64,000 nt of DNA, taken from the NCBI GenBank assembly GCA_027320085.1, contig DAHVLZ010000019.1:64001-128000 (forward strand). The letters run 5' to 3'. The notes under the pieces are model-generated. The model saw nothing but the letters and a program-made list of their open reading frames with translations, searched no databases and was not told where the DNA came from. A program made the position numbers and the translations under genes. The DNA comes from Pseudomonadota bacterium (GTDB taxonomy: Bacteria > Pseudomonadota > Gammaproteobacteria > JAKAQQ01). Of this stretch, positions 57,901-64,000 are shown piece by piece (position 1 is the first letter of the stretch; every line of letters begins with the position of its first letter).

Positions 57901-59005
57901 GCCCTGGGCGGCGACCTTGATTGCCAAGGCCAAGAAAGAGGCGTGGGGTGACACCGCGCTTGTGACTATCCTGCGTGCGCTCCCCGTTCAACGCTGGACT
58001 TGGGACCAGGCTACCCAACTCGGTACAGTAATTGAAGATACCTACTGGCGCCATGTGTCTATGTTTTGGGAAAGCGAGGACAGCGAGGACATCGCCTTCG
58101 CCATCCGCAAGCTGATCTCTGTAGGCCGCGCGCGCCATGCCCTACAGCTGACAGGACAGGACAGTAAGGCCCAGCTACCGTCAGACCTGCTCGTCGATGT
58201 GCTGCGGGAGGCCGTGCGCCAGCCGTCCAAGAGTGACGGTACCATGAACGACGCAACCATGTTTCAGCACTACGTTACCAAGACACTTCAGATCCTGGAT
58301 GAGCGCAGTAACGTAAGCAGGGACATTCTGGCCGAGCTCGAGTGGATCTATCTGCGAGTTCTGGAGCATTCACACCGACCGGCCAAGGTGCTGCTGGAGG
58401 CCCTTTCGGAGCGGCCCGCGCTATTCATCCAGGTGCTCAGCGCGGTATTCAAGGCGAGCGAAGAAGGCGTCGTCGATGTCGAACCCGAGAACCCCGAGAA
58501 CCCCGAGCACACCCGTACTGTCGCCAAACAGGCGTATCGGCTGCTGGAACTCTGGAACCGCCTTCCTGGCACTCGTGACGACGGCACCCTTGACGGCCAG
58601 GTTCTGGAGGCTTGGATCAAGGCGGCTCGGTCACGCGCCAAAACGGCGGGGCGGGAAGAGATCGCCGACAGCCGGATTGGGCACATGCTGTCGGCCTCAC
58701 CGGTCGGGGCGGACGGCAACTGGCCGGCCGAAGCAGTGCGCGACGTGCTCGACCTGTTTCGCAGTAAGCCGATGATCGAAGGCTTTTGCATCGGGAAAAG
58801 AGAACGGGGTGGCGTCACCGCGCGGATGCCGTGCGACGGGGGGAATCTCGAACGCCAGGAGGCTGCGAAGTACCGCAACTGGGCGGAGGCCATCGCCTAC
58901 GAACATCCACATACTTCAAAGGCCCTCGACACCCTGGCGGACAGCTACGAAAACGAAGCGCGCTCCCACGACGAAGATGCCGAGCGCCGGGACTGGTGGT
59001 ATTAG
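54923..59005 (+). CDS. 1360-aa XRE-HTH + PD-(D/E)xK-like nuclease + degenerate NTPase-like + helical protein, putative anti-phage
   Basis: RAARALLAWSQQDLAKAAGVATSTVADFERG HTH; PGWDG...GWEIS...FVFVTP; long helical C-terminus. Function is inferred. Confidence 0.75.
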   Translation: MIMDQATSIDDLTPKHVRAARALLAWSQQDLAKAAGVATSTVADFERGKRTPVANNAQAIRSALEGAGIRFLPTGAVIGPAIPSIVPSERPGTPIRWVDAENLSDWANRNDGAVSLPTLIAHLIRATHGPAVQLRFPADGGVRHPGWDGHTSTETGSTYVPQGETGWEISSQRSNIAQKAIEDYRKRTAAPAPLVPAHAAFVFVTPRHWPKKDEWAKARRDEGVWREVRAYDADDLVHWIEQTPAVGLWLATRLGKRPAGIRELDNIWEEWSCATQWPLTPELVLSDRDQDATAVLQWLRGEPSVFSLRATTTDEVIAFFHATLSMLPDDMAAAYRAHCLVATTTAGARALANAPAPLILLLTEPEPGLARTLVERGHYVLQAYDERPVARGEVRTLARASREGIARALIAAGIAKPRAEALARDSARNLTVLRRLIPGAPGRLPRWAQDPPPHALLAALLAGGWDENMEVDRALLAAIADQPYETVITVLAPYVGDFDAPLQKIGSTWRIASPADAWFLLAPYLTSADLTRFEAAAHTVLGSADPRYEMDPKERWMAAVRDIRPAYSGLLRHGIGQVLILLSLWGDRVRTVPDAARRADAIVDKLLRKADAQRWWSLSRDFRLLAEASPGAFLGAIEDSLDEDDPPIHALFGADEGGVFETEHLSDLLWALESLAWSPELMPRVTHVLARLDAIDRPPGRNGNRPANSLRTIHLLWYPQTYATLDHRLQALDLIRKHEPDAAWKLMLRLLPKGPDTASPTPMPLWRDFPIGNVEDVTWGLVGHGATAITERLVADVGVNAERWLQLLDHLAALAPDSQAGIAALEAAAPKITDKADRDRLWTSLRRVLHHHHHHRRFPGAKWSIPTELLDRLEAIYERFAPSDLLERTAWLFEQSAVLPEPSTAGWEAQVHDIDAARQEAARMLFSEGGATSILALARLVDAAGHIGKALYNSGLSESGLDSLLEAALRSNNDHERDVAHGLIISVFRDRKEPWAATLIAKAKKEAWGDTALVTILRALPVQRWTWDQATQLGTVIEDTYWRHVSMFWESEDSEDIAFAIRKLISVGRARHALQLTGQDSKAQLPSDLLVDVLREAVRQPSKSDGTMNDATMFQHYVTKTLQILDERSNVSRDILAELEWIYLRVLEHSHRPAKVLLEALSERPALFIQVLSAVFKASEEGVVDVEPENPENPEHTRTVAKQAYRLLELWNRLPGTRDDGTLDGQVLEAWIKAARSRAKTAGREEIADSRIGHMLSASPVGADGNWPAEAVRDVLDLFRSKPMIEGFCIGKRERGGVTARMPCDGGNLERQEAAKYRNWAEAIAYEHPHTSKALDTLADSYENEARSHDEDAERRDWWY

Positions 59006-59316
59006 AGATCGGCGACGGCAGCAGGAATACCGCTCTGGCGAGGGGGTCGACGTCCTGTCGCAGCAGGCGCCACTGATCGATCCTACAGTCTGCGGTCGGT
59101 CCCTGATCACCCTCCACCCTGCCGCGCTTTGTGGCTCCTGCAGACGCGCGACTGTAGCGGCGCGCTATGATCGTTGGTCGGGCAGGTGTCAGCCCGATGA
59201 AGATGTCGCTCTTAATGGGTCAGGGAACCCGACGCGCCATATTCGGGTGCGAGAACCATCCTGACGGATAATAAGGTTTACACATATCAATGTGTGTGAT
59301 CAAAAGGGAGATCAAC

Positions 59317-60156
59317 ATGCTTCCACGTCGCCGGTTCGTGTTGTGTTGCTTGATGATGCTCATGTGGCATTCTGCCCGAGCAGGATCAACTCCCGGACCC
59401 TCTCCCCTCATTTGGCTTTTCGCAGGAAGTGGCGTTTCCCGTCTGGCTGAGGCTCACGGGGGACGGGCTTTGCTGCGGGGTGTGCTGAACCGGCCGGAGA
59501 CCTGGGTGATGGGCCACACCCCGGATGTGCCACCGCGTGCGATGCGGGTGGGGGGGGCTTCTCGTCTGTACGGTTTCCACCACGCGGTGGAGTCGCCAGT
59601 CCCTGCTGTCGTCCTGGACATCGAGAACTGGCCCATGACACCACCGGCGGAAAAAGAACATCCCGTGGCCACTTATGCCAAGGCGGCCCGGATCGCTGCC
59701 GCCCATCACAAAATGCTGATCGCAACCCCGGCCATGGATCTGGTGCGGGCTGTGGACCCCGCGTCGCGGGGTCCTCTCTACCGCCGCTTTCTTGAATTGC
59801 GTCTGGCCGCTCGGATTGCGCCCTATGCCGAGGTCTACGAGATCCAGGCGCAAGGGATCGAGAATGAGCCACGCCGTTACCTGGCGGTGGTCCGTGCGAT
59901 TGCCCGGCAGGTGCGATCGATTCATCCGCAGGTGAGGATTCTGGCAGGACTGAGCACGGGTCCTTCGGGGCAGAGGACGAGTGCCCTCACGTTATATCGG
60001 GACGTGGTGGAGACCCGGGACATTGTCTCCGGTTACTGGCTCAACATCCCCGGTCATAGTCGCGGGTGTCCCCGTTGCACCACGCCACACCCGGAGATCG
60101 CGGTACGCCTTTTGCATCGCCTGGTGAGGTCCCGTCAGGGATTTTTGACGCGGTGA
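59317..60156 (+). CDS. Exported hypothetical protein, possibly a TIM-barrel glycoside hydrolase-like fold
   Basis: RRRF plus hydrophobic signal ending ARA-G; VVLDIENW, LIATPA, EIQAQ, LAGLST, GYWLN beta/alpha pattern. Confidence 0.65.
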   Translation: MLPRRRFVLCCLMMLMWHSARAGSTPGPSPLIWLFAGSGVSRLAEAHGGRALLRGVLNRPETWVMGHTPDVPPRAMRVGGASRLYGFHHAVESPVPAVVLDIENWPMTPPAEKEHPVATYAKAARIAAAHHKMLIATPAMDLVRAVDPASRGPLYRRFLELRLAARIAPYAEVYEIQAQGIENEPRRYLAVVRAIARQVRSIHPQVRILAGLSTGPSGQRTSALTLYRDVVETRDIVSGYWLNIPGHSRGCPRCTTPHPEIAVRLLHRLVRSRQGFLTR

Positions 60157-60313
60157 CCCTGCCTTTTGATGATCCAAACAATGACAACCCGTCTCAGTCA
60201 GTCAATGGAGCAATACGCGCTGACCGATCAAAATGAAGTTCCGGACAGGACGGATACCGGGATTGTTCTCTCATCTCGATTAAACTAAAGGTTCTTCATT
60301 GACTGGGGTCATC

Positions 60314-61075
60314 ATGCCGGGAAAAACCATTCTTGCGGTTATCGGAGGCACGGGCGCGGGTGCACTGGAGGATTTTGTAGAGGAACGACGGGACGAAATC
60401 TCGACTCCGTGGGGATCGCCCTCCGCCCCGCTTCGCTGGGGCCGTCTTTTCGGTGCCGAGATCGTGTTCCTGGCACGCCACGGGGACGGCCATGCACTGG
60501 CTCCCCACCAGATCAACTACCGGGCCAATCTCTGGGCGATCGATTCGGTGGGGGCCCGCTCCGTGGTTGCGCTCGCGGCCGTCGGTGGAATCTCGCCTCG
60601 CATGGAGCCCGGATCGGTGGTGATCCCGGACCAGTTGATCGACTATACCTATGGGCGTGCCCAGACCTTTTTTGATGGGGAGGAGGATCCGGTCAAGCAC
60701 ATCGATTTCACCGACCCCTATGATCCCGGGATGCGCAAATGGCTGTGTGACGGGGCCCGCCAGGCGGGTGTGCCCCGGATCGAGCAGGCCACCTACGGGG
60801 TGACCCAGGGGCCACGCCTGGAGACCCGAAAGGAAATCAGCAAGATGGAGCAGGACGGCTGCGATATCGTCGGCATGACGTCCATGCCCGAAGCTGCCCT
60901 GGCGCGTGAGCTGGGTCTCGCCTACGCCTGTTGTGCCCTGGTCAGTAACTGGGCGGCCGGCAAGGGAAGCCGACCCATCCACGACGAACTTGAAGAATCC
61001 CTGAGGCAGGCGATTTCGCGGATGCGGCTCACCCTGGAGGCGGCCTTGGCAAGGCCGTTACCGGAACGGCCTTGA
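60314..61075 (+). CDS. S-methyl-5'-thioinosine/thioadenosine phosphorylase (PNP/MTAP family)
   Basis: IGGTG, LARHG.GH...PHQINYRANLWA, QGPRLET, VGMTSMPEAALARE; NWAAG (Asn, MTI-type). Confidence 0.9.
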   Translation: MPGKTILAVIGGTGAGALEDFVEERRDEISTPWGSPSAPLRWGRLFGAEIVFLARHGDGHALAPHQINYRANLWAIDSVGARSVVALAAVGGISPRMEPGSVVIPDQLIDYTYGRAQTFFDGEEDPVKHIDFTDPYDPGMRKWLCDGARQAGVPRIEQATYGVTQGPRLETRKEISKMEQDGCDIVGMTSMPEAALARELGLAYACCALVSNWAAGKGSRPIHDELEESLRQAISRMRLTLEAALARPLPERP

Positions 61076-61796
61076 CATAAACCAGAACCCCGTAGGCCGG
61101 GTTGTCGAAATAGTTGATCCGCCCGGGACGGACCTGGTTGGCTTGGTGGATGGGGTAGACATTGAGGATCCATCGTGAAGACGGGTGCCGGGTCGGTTGT
61201 TGGCCCGCACCTGGCCGCTTCTTTGGGGTGGGGGCTGGTTTTCTTTCGACAAGAGCGGTATGGATCGCAATGTAGACGTGGCGTTGGACGGTGATTTTGA
61301 CGGTACCGTAAACCGTGGGCTTCCGGGGGGGCGTGGACAGCCTGCCCCGGGCCGGTACCGAAGTGCCCTTCCGGTGGGTGTGGATGGTCCCTCCGGAAAC
61401 GGGGGGTTTTTCCTCCCGCCCGGGGTTGAGGGCGACGGGAATCGCCGAATCGAAATTGAGGGGAGGCTGGATCCAGGCCACCTTGAGCATGGGGGCGTAA
61501 AGGGCAGCGGCCCGGAGAGTGGCCCAGACGCGTTGCATGCGGGGTCCGAGAGAGGCCGGCCGGAAGGCGCTCACGCCTCTCTTGGATAGATGGAGGCCTT
61601 CCTGGATGAGTGCCTTGGGCAGACGATGGGACCACCGTTCATGGGCACCGGCATCGGGATCCAGGGTGCGAAACACAATGACCTGGACCCATTGATCCGG
61701 CGCAGGGACGGAGGGTGGCTGGGCCCGGGCGGCGCCCGCGGTCACCCCGGCCAGGAGGGCGAAGAGCGTGGGCAGGACGGAGTGCTTTGCGGTCAA
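61029..61796 (-). CDS. CsiV-like exported protein
   Basis: Signal peptide; VQVIVFR...E.W; AWIQP; RINYFDNPAYGVLV; usual position downstream of mfd. Confidence 0.75.
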   Translation of the reverse strand: MTAKHSVLPTLFALLAGVTAGAARAQPPSVPAPDQWVQVIVFRTLDPDAGAHERWSHRLPKALIQEGLHLSKRGVSAFRPASLGPRMQRVWATLRAAALYAPMLKVAWIQPPLNFDSAIPVALNPGREEKPPVSGGTIHTHRKGTSVPARGRLSTPPRKPTVYGTVKITVQRHVYIAIHTALVERKPAPTPKKRPGAGQQPTRHPSSRWILNVYPIHQANQVRPGRINYFDNPAYGVLVYVKAVPVTALPRPPPG

Positions 61797-61806
61797 GGTG
61801 GAGGCC

Positions 61807-64000
61807 TCATGGGGTTGCGGGCGAGCCTCCGAGTATTGTAAGGATTTCGTCAATCCATTGGGTTCGTTCCAGAAGGCCCGGCAGGGGTTTCCGGTAGACC
61901 AGCCGAAGGGCGCCTTCCATGCGGTAGGCGGGTTTCTGGCGGTCCATCAGGCTCACGAGGTGGGCCGGGTCAATGTGCGGGTTCGGGCTGAAAACGATCC
62001 GACCGCCCGTGCCCGTGGTTTCGATGCGTTCGATTCCGAGGGCAGTTGCCCGCAGGCGGAAACCGGAGAGGAGAAAGAGCGTGGCCAGGGGTTCTGGAAC
62101 GGGTCCGAACCGGTCCGAGAGCTCACTGCTCAGGCGCTCCAGGTCGGAGGGGCCGTCGATTGAGGCCAGCCGTTTGTAAAGGACCAGGCGCTGGTGGATG
62201 TCCGACACGTAGTTTTCCGGGATCAAGGCCGGCTCGTGGAGGTCGATTTCCGTCCTCCGGAAATCGACCATGATGGCCGGTTGGGCTGTGCCGGATTTCA
62301 GCGACTGGACGGCTTCCCGGACATATTCGGTATACAGGCTGAATCCCACCGCTTCGATCTCTCCGCTCTGGGCCTGGCCCAATAACTCGCCGGCACCGCG
62401 GATCTCGAGGTCCTGCATGGCGAGCAGGAGTCCCGATCCCAGGGCATCGAAGCGGGTGAGCGTTTCCAGGCGTTTTTCCGCGTCGTCGGCCAGCGCTTCG
62501 AGCGAGTGGACGCAGAGGTAGGCGTAAGCCCGGTGGGCGGAGCGGCCGACCCGGCCCCGGAGCTGGTGCAGCTCAGCCAGACCGAAACGGTCGGCTTCGT
62601 GGATGAGCATGGTATTGGCCGTGGGAATGTCGATTCCGCTTTCGATGATCTTGGTCGAAACGAGAACGCTGAAACGGTGATGGTAGAAATCCGACATGGT
62701 CTGCTCGAGTGCGCGTTCCGGCATCTGTCCGTGGGCCTGCCGGACCATTCCAGCCGGGGCCCAGCGGGCGATTTCCCGAGCCAGGTCTTCGATACCCCGG
62801 ATTCTTGGAGTCACGACATAGACCTGTCCACCGCGCTGCAGCTCGCGACCCAGGGCTTCCTGGAGGATGGCCGGCTTCCATTCGGTGAGGAAGGTCTGGA
62901 CGGGCAGGCGATCCTTGGGCGGTGTGGAAATGATGCTCAAGGACCGAAGTCCGCCCAAGGCCATGTTGAGGGTCCGGGGGATCGGTGTGGCCGTGAGGGT
63001 GAGTGTGTGGACGTCCTGCTTGAAACGGGCCAGAAGCTCCTTCTGGCGGACGCCGAAGCGGTGTTCTTCGTCAATGAGGATGAGCCCGAGGCGCTTGAAA
63101 TCGAGCCGGGCCGTGAGGAGCTTGTGGGTGCCGATCAGGATGTCGATCTCGCCCGCGGCGAGTTTCTCCCGGATCTGCGCCTGCTCTCGTGCGCCCCGGA
63201 ACCGGGACAGCATCTCGACTGTGATCGACCAGTTCGCGAAACGGTCGCTGAACGAGTCCAGGTGCTGCTGGGCGAGGAGCGTCGTGGGAACGAGGACCAC
63301 GACCTGGTAGCCGGCTTCGACCGCCACCCAGGCGGCCCTGAGGGCGACTTCGGTCTTGCCGAATCCGACATCGCCGCAGACCACCCGGTTCATCGGGGTT
63401 GGGGACTTGAGATCGTCCATGACCTCCCGGATGGCCTGGGCCTGGTCCGGGGTCTCCTCGAAGGGAAACTCCAGGGCGAAGCGTTCGTAGGAGACGGGAT
63501 CCCACTCGAGAACGGGAGCCTGTGCCAGCTGACGCTGGGCATGGGTTTCGAGCAGTTCCACGGCCACGTCGTGCGCCCGCTTCCGGGCGTCCCGCTTGGC
63601 TTTTTCCCATTGACCGCTTCCCAGCCGATGCCAGGGGGCCTGATCGGGGTCCCCTCCGAGGTAGGGGCTGACCAAGTGAAGCGAGGCAATGGGGACATAG
63701 AGGCGGTCGCCCCCCCAGTACTCGAGATGCAGAAACTCTCCGGCAACGCCGTCGACTTCGAGATGCACGAGTCCCCGGTAACGTCCGATGCCTTGCATTT
63801 CGTGGATGACGGGTGCTCCGGGAGAGAGGGTCTTGAAGTCCTCGATCCGCGCGAGCCATTGCTGGGCGGTTCTGGATTCAGGACTCCGGACGGGGGGGCT
63901 CGTCCAGATCTCGTTTTCGGTGAAAACGGCGACGCCGGCCTCCGGCCAGAGAAAACCTTCCTCGATCGGGGCCTGGAGGAGGGCCCAGGGTGCCGGGCCC
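61807..64000 (-). CDS. mfd: Transcription-repair coupling factor, 5'-truncated by the window edge
   Basis: Frame is open to the edge; GIGRY (RID), GDVGFGKT, DEEH, TATPIPRT, QLRGRVGR, TRG motif, TRCF domain. Confidence 0.98.
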   Translation of the reverse strand, partial: GPAPWALLQAPIEEGFLWPEAGVAVFTENEIWTSPPVRSPESRTAQQWLARIEDFKTLSPGAPVIHEMQGIGRYRGLVHLEVDGVAGEFLHLEYWGGDRLYVPIASLHLVSPYLGGDPDQAPWHRLGSGQWEKAKRDARKRAHDVAVELLETHAQRQLAQAPVLEWDPVSYERFALEFPFEETPDQAQAIREVMDDLKSPTPMNRVVCGDVGFGKTEVALRAAWVAVEAGYQVVVLVPTTLLAQQHLDSFSDRFANWSITVEMLSRFRGAREQAQIREKLAAGEIDILIGTHKLLTARLDFKRLGLILIDEEHRFGVRQKELLARFKQDVHTLTLTATPIPRTLNMALGGLRSLSIISTPPKDRLPVQTFLTEWKPAILQEALGRELQRGGQVYVVTPRIRGIEDLAREIARWAPAGMVRQAHGQMPERALEQTMSDFYHHRFSVLVSTKIIESGIDIPTANTMLIHEADRFGLAELHQLRGRVGRSAHRAYAYLCVHSLEALADDAEKRLETLTRFDALGSGLLLAMQDLEIRGAGELLGQAQSGEIEAVGFSLYTEYVREAVQSLKSGTAQPAIMVDFRRTEIDLHEPALIPENYVSDIHQRLVLYKRLASIDGPSDLERLSSELSDRFGPVPEPLATLFLLSGFRLRATALGIERIETTGTGGRIVFSPNPHIDPAHLVSLMDRQKPAYRMEGALRLVYRKPLPGLLERTQWIDEILTILGGSPATP

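Larger units (their letters stand above)
52741..59290. mobile_element. Decayed island downstream of tRNA-Glu (right border uncertain)
   Basis: Recombinase remnant at the tRNA end; AbiE and large defence-like gene as cargo; no att repeat found. Confidence 0.6.

Noticed and set aside
59006-60300. Distal att repeat of tRNA-Glu
   Set aside because: No convincing copy of the tRNA 3' end found by eye

Overview
GC-rich proteobacterial chromosome segment, probably Gammaproteobacteria on gene content and order. Bases 1-37.5 kb and 60-64 kb are mostly housekeeping genes (purE, purK, purC, rpe, speD, coq7, glcF, ettA, rimK, glyA-nrdR-ribD-ribE, aroA, mfd) mixed with exported hydrolases: an M61 peptidase, a VPS10/BNR protein, a thioredoxin-NHL lipoprotein, a beta-propeller surface protein and a subtilase. 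The 37.5-60 kb part is an integration hot spot. It holds (i) a TA module between 105-bp direct repeats, next to a ghost copy of the tRNA-Val/murB junction; (ii) a ~10.3-kb tyrosine-integrase island in tRNA-Val(CAC) with an IS256-destroyed Avs-like gene and a PLD nuclease-hsdM-HEPN-half-hsdS cassette that has no hsdR; (iii) the core genes sdo, gltX, tRNA-Ala and tRNA-Glu; and (iv) a second decayed island at tRNA-Glu with AbiE and a divergent 1360-aa HTH-nuclease-helical protein. The best candidates for undescribed systems are the lipoprotein that is a free-standing paralog of the neighbouring subtilase prodomain, the HTH/PD-(D/E)xK giant paired with AbiE, and the HsdR-less PLD/HEPN type I-like cassette. 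All calls come from reading motifs by eye; no database searches were run.
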